From positions 1 to 45,294 of the forward strand of contig NW_025214519.1 of the NCBI RefSeq assembly GCF_004010195.1: DNA of 45,294 bases, written 5' to 3'. Below are positions 29,255 to 39,935 of this stretch, one piece after another. This DNA comes from Chiloscyllium plagiosum. Its lineage: Eukaryota. Within the stretch, counting starts at the first letter, position 1; every line of letters begins with the position of its first letter. The position numbers were made by a program, and so were the translations under genes. The notes under the pieces are model-generated. The model worked only from the letters and a program-made list of their open reading frames with translations, ran no database searches and was not told the origin of the DNA.

Positions 29255-30080
29255 GCCCCTTGAACCCCTGTTCCCCGATAATTGACCCCTCCACCCTGGG
29301 GAAAAAAGTCTCATATTCTCCACTCTACATATCCCATTCACAACTTTAAAAACTTCTATCAGGACAGACTTCATTTTTCCGCATTCATGTGAAAACAAAC
29401 CCAGTCTATCCAACCTTTCTTCAGCACGACTATCCGCCATACCAGACAATATCCTGATAAACATTTTCTGCACCATCTTCAAAACATCTAAATCCTTCTG
29501 ATGGTGTGGTAACCAGAACTGTGCACAATATTCCAAGTGTGGCCTAACTAATGTTCAATAAAGCTGCAGAAAAACTTGTCTGTCCTTATACTCAATGCCC
29601 CTTCCAATGAAGGCAAGCATGCCGTAACCCTTTTTTACAACCTTACCTCCCTGTGCTGGCACCTTCAGTGATCTGCCAACCCAGATCCCTCTGCATATCA
29701 ATACTCCAAAGGATTCTGCCATTCACTGTATAATTCCCACCTGTACATCACCTTTCAAAATGCATCACCTCACATTTGTCTGGATTAAACTACATCGGCC
29801 ATTTTTCTGTCCATGCATCCAACTGATATAATATCCTGCTGTATCCTCCGACAATCCTTCTCATTATCTGCAACTCTACCAATCTTTGTATCAACCGTAA
29901 ACTTACTCATTGGACCAGCAACGCTTTGCTCCAAATCATTTGTGGAGATCATGAACAGCAGAGTTCCCACCACTGATCCCTGTGGAACATCACTAGTCAC
30001 AGCCCTCCATTCTGAAAACCGTTCTTCCAGCGCTACCCTTTGTCTCCTGTGACTAACCTAGTTCTGTGCCCAATGCTGGT
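28993..30080 (-). mobile_element. 5'-truncated CR1 LINE (RT C-terminal part plus 3' end), decayed
   Basis: ORF 29785-30000 reads SDVPQGSVVGTLLF..NDL ... SKFTVDTKIG, and ORF 29243-29536 reads EYCAQFWLPHHQKD ... ERLDRLGLFS. Confidence 0.93.
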
Positions 30081-30214
30081 AACATTGTAGACAAAACACC
30101 TTGTTGCCAGCTCGTTACTGCAACTTGATCCAGTTCATTCAGAAAGAGAAAAAGGACAATGTTGAACAGGCCCCTACACCTGGCCCTGAGGCAGGAGCCC
30201 AAGCTCCAACACAT

Positions 30215-30467
30215 TGGCCTCACTTCACACCAACCTTCACACAGTGCGGGGTCATGAATTCCGGGCATCAATTCCTCTGGACTGGGACGAAGTGAGCAAA
30301 CAGGGACAATGTCAAAGAGTCAATAAGGAGTAAAGCAAGATGGCCTCACTTCACACCAACCTTCACACAGTGCGGGGTCATGAATTCCGGGCATCAATTC
30401 CTCTGGGACTGGGACGAAGTGAGCAAACAGGGACAATGTCAAAGAGTCAATAAGGAGTAAAGCAAGA
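30215..30467. repeat. Tandem duplication of a 126/127-bp unit
   Basis: 30215-30340 and 30341-30467 are identical except for one extra g (ctctggact vs ctctgggact). Confidence 0.95.
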
Positions 30468-31069
30468 TGGAGAGAGTGTGTTGGAAAGTACTTAATGGAG
30501 GAAACATAGTTTGTGATACCGACAATACTGACAACGTCTACGTGTATCACAGAATGAAAAAAAAGTACAATCTGAAGACAATCTAAAGTCACATCAATGT
30601 ATTTGTTTTTGATATACCATCGCATGCAGGGCATTTTCATTGTGGTATCCTGATTCGAGAGCTGTACTCTCTAAGATTGAGCCGGTTGGATCTTCGCAGA
30701 GCCCCAGTTTATTTGTACTGTTCAGTAATGTGGGGATACCGATGGTGGACTGGGGTACACCTGACGTGGGAGCAGCACTTCGAAAACTTGTGATTTCAAA
30801 TGAACCTGTTGAGCTCGAGCCTGGTGTTCATCAAAGCGTGCCACCAAAGTGCAAAGATCAGTATTTGAAGCTCCACGTCTCCATCTCCATCCTTGCTTGT
30901 TGCTCTTCCCTAATTGCCCTGCAGATGGCGATGGTGAGCCATGTGTTTCTCGAAGAGGATCTGACAGATGGACAAGGTCATGTCCTCGGCCTGAGCACAA
31001 TGGCTTAGGCTCATTGGGCCAAAGGGCCTTGTTCTTGTAGACCTGTTGTAGATGTCTGAATCTGCCAGG

Positions 31070-31196
31070 ATTCCAGCAATGTGGCTGACCCTTACCTGCC
31101 ATTTGAAAGACCGAGCAAGCCACTCAGTTTCAGGGCAGGTAGGGATGGGGAACAAATGCTGGTCTTACCAGTGACACCCACATCCCAGGAAATAAT
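31070..31196 (+). mobile_element. LINE 3' tail (shark L2/CR1-group)
   Basis: gcaagccactcagtttcagggcaggtagggatggggaacaaatgctggtcttaccagtgacacccacatccc. Homologous to the inverted copy at 35535-35610 and to the end of 31645-31975. Confidence 0.7.
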
Positions 31197-31199
31197 AGA

Positions 31200-31421
31200 C
31201 AGCCTCAGTGGTAACACTGTCATCTGATCCTGCAGGTTTCAAGCCCCACTCCAGAGACTGGAGCACTATCCTGAGGCTAGCAAAGGCAAAGATGCCATCT
31301 GCTGGATGATTGGTTAAACCACTGCATCCTCAGGTCGATGTGAATGTAAGGGCTTTCCAATCATCTCAGACAAAATCCCCGCCAGTGTGCTGACCAATAC
31401 TTCTCTTATAACCAATGGCAT
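31200..31421 (+). mobile_element. tRNA-headed Deu-core SINE (SacSINE1-like), degenerate, runs into a gap
   Basis: A/B-box-like ctcagtggtaacac ... ggtttcaagccccactccagagactggagcac, followed by Deu-like gatg..ttaaacc ... ctcaggtcgatgt ... gtgtgctgaccaata. Confidence 0.65.
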
Positions 31422-31473
31422 NNNNNNNNNNNNNNNNNNNNNNNNNNNNNNNNNNNNNNNNNNNNNNNNNNNN
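31422..31473. other. Assembly gap
   Basis: Run of N. Confidence 1.
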
Positions 31474-31644
31474 AAATAGAAGCATGATGTTGGAAAAAGG
31501 GAACAGGTGCAGCCTCTGTGGGGACAGGAGGAGTTAACATTTTGGGATTCAGTGATGTTGTATAAAAAAAGCAGCAGCATTTTGATTTTATTCCATTTTA
31601 AGATGTTTTATATTATTGTATTTAAATTTTGTTTATCAAATTTT

Positions 31645-31975
31645 AGCCTGCTTGATTGGCACCACTTCCACACACATCCATTCCCTCCACACCAACACTC
31701 AGTAACATCTGTGTGTACTATTTACAAGATGCACTGCAATAAATTCATCAAAAGTTCTGAGACAACATCTTCCAAACCCATGATTACTTGAATCAAGATG
31801 GACAAGAGCAGCAGATACAAAGGGAACGTCACCCCAGCCAGTTCCCTCTAAGCTATTCACCAGTTTCATCACTGGGTCAGAATTCTGGAATTCCCTTCCT
31901 AAGGACATTGTGGGTCCACCTACAGCACCATCTTGTCCAGGACAATTAAAGATGGACAGTAAAAAGGCTGGTAAA
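31645..31975 (+). mobile_element. LINE (L2/CR1-group) ORF2 C-terminus and 3' tail, decayed
   Basis: Translates in part as HSVTSVCTIYKMHC, followed by ...gggtcagaattctggaattcccttcctaaggacattgtggg (WNSLP motif) and the caattaaagatggacagtaaaaaggctgg tail. Confidence 0.75.
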
Positions 31976-31999
31976 AGTAAGAGTAGGTGTGATTTGGGA

Positions 32000-32230
32000 C
32001 CAGAAAGTGAGACTGTGATGTTTCAGTTATTCCTGGACATTGGTGTGATCACATCTCAAATACTGTATTTTGTGTAGTTTTGGTCTCCTTATTGAAGGAA
32101 GAATATAAATGCATTGGAGGTGGTTTAGAGGAGTTTTACCCGATTGATCACTGGAATGAGGGGGCTGTGTGATGAAGAAGGATTGGAAAGGCTGGCCTTG
32201 TTCTCACTGGGGTTCAGAAGAGTGAGGGGC
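32000..32230 (+). mobile_element. CR1 ORF2 C-terminal fragment
   Basis: FWSPY..KNINALEVV.RSFTRLITGMRGL.DEEGLERLALFSLGFRRVRG. Confidence 0.85.
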
Positions 32231-32304
32231 TTTCCTGTCCCACTGTATTCTCCAACTCCCTATCTGCCTCCCTCGTGTGTCGTACCCTCCTGCCCCTTAC
32301 TACA

Positions 32305-32388
32305 NNNNNNNNNNNNNNNNNNNNNNNNNNNNNNNNNNNNNNNNNNNNNNNNNNNNNNNNNNNNNNNNNNNNNNNNNNNNNNNNNNNN
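32305..32388. other. Assembly gap
   Basis: Run of N. Confidence 1.
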
Positions 32389-32886
32389 CCCCTAATGGAC
32401 ATGTCCTGAAGCAGTCTATTTATACAGCCCCTCAAACTAAACAAATCCCAGATTCCTATTTTCTTGTTTATCATTTTGTTTCATTCAAACCAAGTGCATG
32501 TGCAGGCTCCCAGCAGCTGAAGTGACAGTTCCAAATCAGTTTGAAAAAGCAAAGGTAGACTCCTTCCCCCAGTTCACCGAACTCCCACACTGACCAAACC
32601 TCCCAGCATTCCCCTCTATGCTGGCAGCACTCAGTGCGAGCTGCAGTATATAGGCTGCTCTGTATTTATACTGTTTCTGATTTATATCACTCCATTCTGT
32701 TGTGCTGTTGTTCAGGATCTGGGTTAAGCTCATTCATTTCTCAATCGTAAGCTTCCTTCTTTCAGCCTGAGAGACACTTTACATTTGCAAACAGGAAATA
32801 TGACTTCAATGCTGGAATCTGTTCTCAGGATTGATGGGCTCGATGATTTGATTCAGTAAAATAAACTCGTCTAATCTCTTCAGGGG

Positions 32887-33262
32887 TCGACATTTCAGAG
32901 GAACCCTTCTTCAGGAAGGGGGGATAAAGGGGTGGGTTGGAGAAAATTGGTGAGGTGGGGATAGGTTGAGAAAGATAGAGAGTTTGACCTGATTGGTTGA
33001 TGGGAGAGATGAATCCAGAATCATCCATCCCTCGACCAACCAGGTCCTATCCTCTACCTGTCTCCACCTATCCCCACCTAACCTGCCCCCGCCACTCCCT
33101 TTTTCTGCAGCTCCCCCAACACCCACCCTCCCCACTTCCTGAAGAAAGGTTATACCCAAAATGTTGACTTCTCTTCCTCCTGATGCTGCCTGGGCTTGCT
33201 GTGTTCTCCCAGCCTGCTGTTTGTCAACCTTGGATTCCAGCATTTGCAGTTTTTTATTTGTC
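32887..33262. mobile_element. Penelope-like pLTR/3' remnant in fold-back (inverted) arrangement, with a 17-bp target-site duplication
   Basis: tctaatctcttcagggg occurs at 32870-32886 and 33263-33279. The arms 32887-33016 (-) and 33017-33170 (+) are homologous. The typical PLE tail gatgctgcctgg..tgctgtgtt..ccagc ... ttccagcatttgcagtttt follows. Confidence 0.8.
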
Positions 33263-35035
33263 TCTAATCTCTTCAGGGGCCAGGATGAGTGTGAGGAGAT
33301 TGGGTTTTGGTGGAACTACCCACAGACTCAAGTCAAAAGAAGCAAAGGAAGAAAGGCACATGGATCGAATACAAGGGGGCAAATTGTGAGCAAAAAGTAA
33401 TTGTTACCAGTTTAGCAATTTCAAAGGAGAGAGCAACAACATTGAATTGCTTCCGGTGTCATCCTCTGTGCCCTAACATTTCACAGTGCCAGCTCAACAT
33501 CCTTCCATTGGCTTTGTCATTGAGAGTCAACAGTTCCCTTCCCACAGCCCTTTTTAAAATGTCCTGTCCAAGAGAGGCAGAGAATACTTCACCTTTTCTG
33601 GGAAAGATAGAGAAATATATGATGTCGAGGAGCTGATTCCAGCCTTCAGGGTCTGACAGAAGGATGTGTACCATCTGTGGATTCTGGAGACAGATCACGG
33701 AGATTTCCTCACTCCCATCAACACCTGACTTTATTCTAACAACAGTTTCTATTCTTCATTATAAAGTATCAGCTTCAGACTGGACATTTCACACCCAGCC
33801 CTCATGTCCTCACATTGGAATCAAGAATCAAACTTGCCCCATCTCAGGATTGTCCTCTGAATGTGGTGTCAGTGTGTTAATGCTGTGTTTGAATGAAAAA
33901 GCCACGGTGGAATCTGTGACTAAATCCAATGGGTTTCTGAGCTACCAGCAAGCTCCCCGCTGTTTGAGGGTCTGTTTGGATAAGATTTCAGCCCCATGGG
34001 TTCCCACTGATACTAGAGCCATGGACTGAGATTGCTGGAGCCACATGTGGACTGAGGAACATAACAGTCAGGATAATGAGCTTCTCTGGAATCCACCCTG
34101 AGCCCTGGATGATCCTCACTGAGATGGCCCAGGGGCTACAGAATATGACAGCAGAAGATTTATCATTGATGGTCCTCCCCAGCCGTGACTCCCAGATGCC
34201 CCCGGACTAAACATTCTCAATCTGACCCTATGGACACACGGGGCAATTCCATCCCATTTGAAGAGGAAAGAAAACCCAGGTCTAATTTATGGAATATTTA
34301 TTTCTCAAACCCTGTAGAATTGTTATTCTGAGTAACAAGAGCCTGCTGGTCATATTCATGAATACAGGGTTCCCAATGGCACTGGCTCACAAACAGTTGA
34401 GTTGAATTTCTTGGCCTGCGATCTTGCTGTGCCTAAGGGATGGGTGAGGGAATTTCCATTAGATTATTGTGTTCCCCAGTGTCCCTTCCTGCCTTCCTTC
34501 TTTTCTCCATTTATTGGGAAAGAATTCCTTGGGGCCCTGCATTCCTTCTGGAAGAACCCCTTCTGGACACAGTTGTAGAATTGCCCTCCTGCTCCAGGGA
34601 CCTCATTACCCCCTTGATTCTCCCCTCTTGTTCCAGGCCTTGAGGGTGGAGGTTAACACTTCACACACCTTTCCCTGAGGCTTCAACTCTGGCCATTCCC
34701 AAAGCACACACGAGACAGAGACTGAATCTTCTTCATCTTTATTCCTTTTTCCAGATTGACATTGACAGAAAACAGACTGTAATTAACAGCCCAGACAGAT
34801 GAAGCTGCACAAATTCACAGCCAGAATGGAGCTTGAGGAAAACATTTGTGGAGATTTTCTCAATAACATAAGAATCCTGTCCCTTTAAACAGTGACAGAA
34901 GCTTAAATTGGAACTGGTGGCTGAGCAGGAAGGAGATCTGGTTTACTAAAGCAGAGACTTCTGAGGTTCACATTGTTTTGTACAACTGACAGTTTTCAGC
35001 ATCTTCGAGAGGTTTTACTTGGCATCTCTAGTCTT

Positions 35036-35110
35036 CACTGTCCAATCAAACACTCCTAGAACAGGGGGCGTGGGGTTTGATACAGAGTAAAGCTTGTTTT
35101 TGATTATCCC
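35036..35110 (+). repeat. Single degenerate unit of a common shark minisatellite
   Basis: cactgtccaatcaaacactcctagaacaggg ... ggggtttgatacagagtaaagct resembles, from recall, the shark repeat acactgtccccatcaaacactcccaggacagg ... ggggttagatacagagtaaagctccctct. Confidence 0.5.
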
Positions 35111-35224
35111 AAAGACCTGCCTTAACCCTTGAACCTCAGCCGTGTCTCTGAGCCAATCCCAAGAAGGAAGAGAGTTGAAATTCAGTGCTGACAATGACCT
35201 TTGTCCTGCCAGCTCAGCTCTGTT

Positions 35225-35391
35225 CTATTTAATGTTGTGTTTCCTCTGTGGACTGTCTCCAACACTCTGCACACATTCTGATCTCCTGATGCTCTTGCTG
35301 AGGGGAGAGGTGAGGGTCACGTGGGTGAGGGCACAGGAGAAGCGAGCGTTGGACTCCCAGTCAGACAGCTTGGGCTGAGAGTTTTCACGGC
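35225..35391 (-). pseudogene. Immunoglobulin light-chain constant exon (cartilaginous-fish sigma-cart/NS5/type I-like), internally deleted
   Basis: A polypyrimidine acceptor (tttctcttgtctttcag, phase 1) is followed by RENSQPKL|SDWESNARFSCALTHVTLTSPLSKSIRRSECV-QSVGDSPQRKHNIK*. This has the IgL C-terminal signature W..N..FSC..TH ... KSI.RSEC. The first Cys, the Trp and strands B-E are absent. Confidence 0.9.
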
Positions 35392-35534
35392 CTGAAAGAC
35401 AAGAGAAACATTTTTAATCCCTGCCATTCAAAGGGAATTCAACTCTGAACATTCACTGGCAAAACAATCCATTTGAACATTTGTATTCAATACCTAACAG
35501 ACCCCATAAAAGGACAGGGCCTTTTAAAATTGCT

Positions 35535-35610
35535 TCTTGGGATGTGAGTGTCACTGACAGGGCGAGAATTTATTGTCCATCCCTAATTGCCCCTGAGAAG
35601 GTGATGGTGA
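35535..35610 (-). mobile_element. LINE 3' tail fragment (same family as 31070-31196)
   Basis: tgggatgtgagtgtcactgacagggcgagaatttattgtccatccctaattgcccctgagaaggtgatggtga. Confidence 0.75.
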
Positions 35611-35629
35611 AAAAGAAGGGAGAGTTTTG

Positions 35630-36070
35630 GACCATCATTTATGGAATGAATGTGAACAGCTGAAAGGGCTATCAATGGGGGAGCATTTCAGTGACAGTGA
35701 TCAGAACTCAGTGAGATTGAGAGGAGGGATGGAAATGGAGAACCATGCAACAAGTATAAAAGTTTTCATTTGGGAACAAACCATTTTACTAAACAGGGCA
35801 GGGATTGGGTAAAAGTGGCTGAAAGACAAAATTCAGGGGTGAAATTTACCAGGACCTGAGGAAAGCAAAGAGCTGACAGGATGAAATGTGACCAAATGAA
35901 TTCCGGGAAATCCCAGTGATGTTTTATTGTCACAAAAAGAACAATAGAATGAAGGAATGTATGAGGGCCATTCGAGAGCAGGAAGGGAACTTGTGTGCAG
36001 TGGTGGAAGATGGAGCAATGGTTCCTCCTGAAAACTTCCGGTCTGTTTTCACAAAAGAGAGGGACATATA
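35630..36070 (+). mobile_element. Degenerate CR1 ORF2 fragments
   Basis: GEHFSDSDQNSV (the SDH motif at the end of the endonuclease) and AIREQEGNLCAVVED ... ENFRSVFTKERD. Confidence 0.75.
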
Positions 36071-36109
36071 TAGCAGTAACTGTATTTCAGGAGGAGAACT
36101 GTGCACTAT

Positions 36110-36335
36110 TGGAACATCATCTTTCACATCTGAAAGACTCCCAGTTCATCCAAAGAAAAGAAAGATTCATACTGTCCCAAAGACATTTCCAGACAGTGTG
36201 GGACTTGTTTGAAGTGAGGTCACTGTTGTAATGAAGGAAATGTGGAAGCCAGATTGTACACAGCAAGATCCCAAAAGCAAACCAAGGAACATTTTGAGTG
36301 ATGTTTGTTCAGGGATAAATATCAGCCTGAATATG
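36110..36335 (-). mobile_element. Deu-core SINE 3' fragment, degenerate
   Basis: tttgaagtgaggtcactgttgtaatgaaggaaatgtggaagccagattgtacacagcaagatccc ... gtgatgtttgttcagggataaatat resembles an antisense SacSINE1-like sequence. Confidence 0.6.
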
Positions 36336-36619
36336 ATTCAAAGCGAAAGTAACTGGAACAGTTGGATGGAAAATGAGAAAATGAAAGTTAAAAGAGAAAG
36401 TAGGATTACTGGGTAGTGATGGGATTGATTGTTACTAGAAAATAAAAGGAAAGGGACAGAGTATTGTGAATGTCATATTGTACTGAGGAAACTTAAAAGT
36501 GCAGGGAAGCTCAATACTAGAACAAGTTTAAAGGCTTTGTCTCTTAATGCATGACCTTTTCAGAATAGTGTAGACAAAGCTGTACCACACAAACCAAGGT
36601 AAATCAAGCTTCGAGGAAT

Positions 36620-37444
36620 NNNNNNNNNNNNNNNNNNNNNNNNNNNNNNNNNNNNNNNNNNNNNNNNNNNNNNNNNNNNNNNNNNNNNNNNNNNNNNNNN
36701 NNNNNNNNNNNNNNNNNNNNNNNNNNNNNNNNNNNNNNNNNNNNNNNNNNNNNNNNNNNNNNNNNNNNNNNNNNNNNNNNNNNNNNNNNNNNNNNNNNNN
36801 NNNNNNNNNNNNNNNNNNNNNNNNNNNNNNNNNNNNNNNNNNNNNNNNNNNNNNNNNNNNNNNNNNNNNNNNNNNNNNNNNNNNNNNNNNNNNNNNNNNN
36901 NNNNNNNNNNNNNNNNNNNNNNNNNNNNNNNNNNNNNNNNNNNNNNNNNNNNNNNNNNNNNNNNNNNNNNNNNNNNNNNNNNNNNNNNNNNNNNNNNNNN
37001 NNNNNNNNNNNNNNNNNNNNNNNNNNNNNNNNNNNNNNNNNNNNNNNNNNNNNNNNNNNNNNNNNNNNNNNNNNNNNNNNNNNNNNNNNNNNNNNNNNNN
37101 NNNNNNNNNNNNNNNNNNNNNNNNNNNNNNNNNNNNNNNNNNNNNNNNNNNNNNNNNNNNNNNNNNNNNNNNNNNNNNNNNNNNNNNNNNNNNNNNNNNN
37201 NNNNNNNNNNNNNNNNNNNNNNNNNNNNNNNNNNNNNNNNNNNNNNNNNNNNNNNNNNNNNNNNNNNNNNNNNNNNNNNNNNNNNNNNNNNNNNNNNNNN
37301 NNNNNNNNNNNNNNNNNNNNNNNNNNNNNNNNNNNNNNNNNNNNNNNNNNNNNNNNNNNNNNNNNNNNNNNNNNNNNNNNNNNNNNNNNNNNNNNNNNNN
37401 NNNNNNNNNNNNNNNNNNNNNNNNNNNNNNNNNNNNNNNNNNNN
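36620..37444. other. Assembly gap (825 N)
   Basis: Run of N. The ORF 36528-37457 is an artefact of it. Confidence 1.
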
Positions 37445-37583
37445 GTGAATTGGCCATGCTAAATTGCCCCGAGTGTTAGGTGTAGGGGAATGGGTTTGGG
37501 TGGGTTGCTCTTCGGAGGGTCGGTGTGGACTTGTTGGGCCAAATGACCTGTTTCCACACTGTAAGTAATCTAATCTAATCTAA
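37445..37583 (+). mobile_element. HE1-type V-SINE 3' half with CR1-derived tail
   Basis: gtgaattggccatgctaaattgccc core, then cggtgtggacttgttgggccaaatgacctgtttccacactgt and an (aatct)n tail. Confidence 0.85.
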
Positions 37584-37584
37584 A

Positions 37585-39935
37585 CAGAGAAGATGGTAAA
37601 AGAGGCATTTTTGGTCAAGGGACAGCATTGCAGTTGCAGAGAGGATGTTTGGAGACTCATCAACTGGGGTAGTATGGGCTAAGGTTATAAACAGGAAAGG
37701 AGAGGTCATGCTGTTGGGAGTTTTCTATCGGCCTCCGAATACTACCAGAGATATTGGGGAAAGGATAGCAAAGATGATTCTCGATAGCAATGAGACAGAC
37801 AAGATAGTTGTCAATGAGACAGACAAGAAAGTTGTCAACTTTCCAAATATTGACTGAAAACACTATAGTACGAGTACTACAGTTGGATCCGTTTTTGTCC
37901 AATGTGTGCAGGAGGGCATCCTGACACAGTATGTGGACAGGCCAACAAGGGGTGAAACCACATTAGATTTGGTACTGTGTAATGAGCGCGGCCAGGAGTT
38001 AGATTTGGAAATAGATGAGCACTTTGGTGATAGCGATCACAATTCTGTTATGTTTACTTTAGTGATCGAAACGGACCGATGCATACCACTGGGCCATATC
38101 TACAGCTTGGGAAGTGGCAATTACGTTGCGATGAGGCAAGATTTAGGAAGCATCATATGGGGAAGGAAACTGCAGGTTTTGGGCTCATTAGAAATGTGGA
38201 GCTTAATCAAGGAAAAGCTCCTGAGTGTCTAACATAAATATGCACCTGTGAGGCATGGAGGAAGCTGTCGAGCGTGGGAGCTGTAGTTTATGAAGCAAGT
38301 TGAATCTCTGGTCACGATGAAGAAATAGGTTTATGTTCGGATGAGATGTGAAGGCTCAGTTAGGCCGCTTGAGGATTACAAGATAGCCAGGAAAGACCTA
38401 AAGAGTGAGCTCAGAAGAACCAGGAGGAGACATGAGACGTTGTTGGTGGATAGGGCCAGCATAAACCCTGAGGCTTTCTACTGGTATTTAAAGAATAAAA
38501 AAATGACATGAGTAAGATTAGCGCCAATCAATGATAGTAGTGGGAAGTTGTGTGTGGAGAAGAGGGCACGGGGGAAGCACTAAATGAATATCTTTCGACA
38601 TTAATCTCCTAGAAAACGGCCATGTTGTCGAGGAGAATATTGAGATACAGACTACTAGACTAGGTGGGATTGAGGTTCACAAGGAAGAGGTATTAGAAAT
38701 CCTGCAGAGTGTGAATGTAGATAAGTCCCCTGGGCCGGACGGGATTTATCCTAGGATCCTCTGGGGAGCCAGAGAGGAGATTGCCGAACCTTTGACATTG
38801 ATCTTTAAATCGTCATTGTCCACAGGAAGAGTGCCAGAAACTGGAGGATAGCAAATGTGGTTCACCTGTTCAAGAAGGGGAGTAGAGACAATCCTGGTAA
38901 GTACAGACCAGTTAGCCTTACTTCAGTTGTTTGTAAAATGTTGGAAAAGGTTATAAGAGACAGGAGTTATAATCATCTGGAAAAGAATAACTTGATTAGA
39001 GATAGTCAGCACAGTTCTGTGAAGGGTAGGTCGTGCCTCACAACTTTTATTGAGTTCTTTGAGAAGGTGACCAAACAGGTAGATGAGAGTAAACCGCTTC
39101 ATTTAGTGTATCTGGTTTTCAGCAAGGCGTTCGATAAGATTCCCCAATGTAGGCTTTTGCACAAAATGCGGAGGAATGGGATTATGGGATATATAGCAGT
39201 TTGGATCAGTAATTGGCTTGCCGAAAGAAGACAGAAGGCGGTGGTTGATGGGAAATGTTCATTCTGGACACCAGTTCCCAGTGGTGTACTGCAAGGGTCG
39301 GTATTGGATCCACTGCTGCTCTTCATTTTAATAAACGACCTGGATGAGGGCGTAGAAGGGTGGGTTAGTAAATTTGTAGACGACACTAAGGTCGCTGGAG
39401 TTGTGGATAGTGACGACGGATGTTGTAGTTTTCAGAGAGACATAGATAAGCTACAGAGCTGGGCTGAGAGGTGGCAAATAGAGTTTAATGCGGACAATTG
39501 TGAGGTGATTCTTGTTGGTCGGAGTAACCGGAGTGCAAAGTATTGTGCTAATGGTAAGTATCTTGGAAGTGGAGATGTTCAGGAACAGAGATCCTTGAAA
39601 TTTGCTACCCAGGTTGACAGGGTTCTTAAAAAGGCATACAGTGTTTAAGTTTTCATTAATAGAGGGATCGAGTTTCGGAATCATGAGGTTATGCGACAGC
39701 TGTACAAAACTCTAGTGCAGCCGCACTTGGAGGATAGTGTACAGTTCTGTTCACCACATTATAAGAAGGATGTGGAAACTTTGGAAAGCATGCCGATTTC
39801 CTCGAATGTTGCCTGGTATGAAGGGAAGGTCTTACGAGGAAAGGCTGAGGGACTTGACGCTGTTTACGTGGGCGAGAAGAAGGTTGAGAGGTGACTTAAT
39901 AGAGACATATAAGATAATCATAGGGTTAGATAGGG
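37585..39935 (+). mobile_element. CR1 LINE ORF2 (endonuclease plus RT), about 2.3 kb, with stops and frameshifts
   Basis: LLGVFYRPPN; TQYVDRPTRGETTLDLVL ... HFGDSDHNSV; KSPGPDGIYPRIL; FKKGSRDNPGKYRPVSLTSVVCK; FSKAFDKI; GVLQGSVLDPLLF..INDLD; KFVDDTK. Confidence 0.96.

Noticed and set aside
33890..34170. Plus-strand V-like fragments (EKATV, FLSYQQAPR, SFSG, QNMTAEDL)
   Set aside because: Both cysteines, the Trp and YYC are missing, the spacing is wrong and there is no RSS. Probably chance resemblance.
37788..37839. 24-bp tandem duplication inside CR1
   Set aside because: Ordinary slippage within a dead element.
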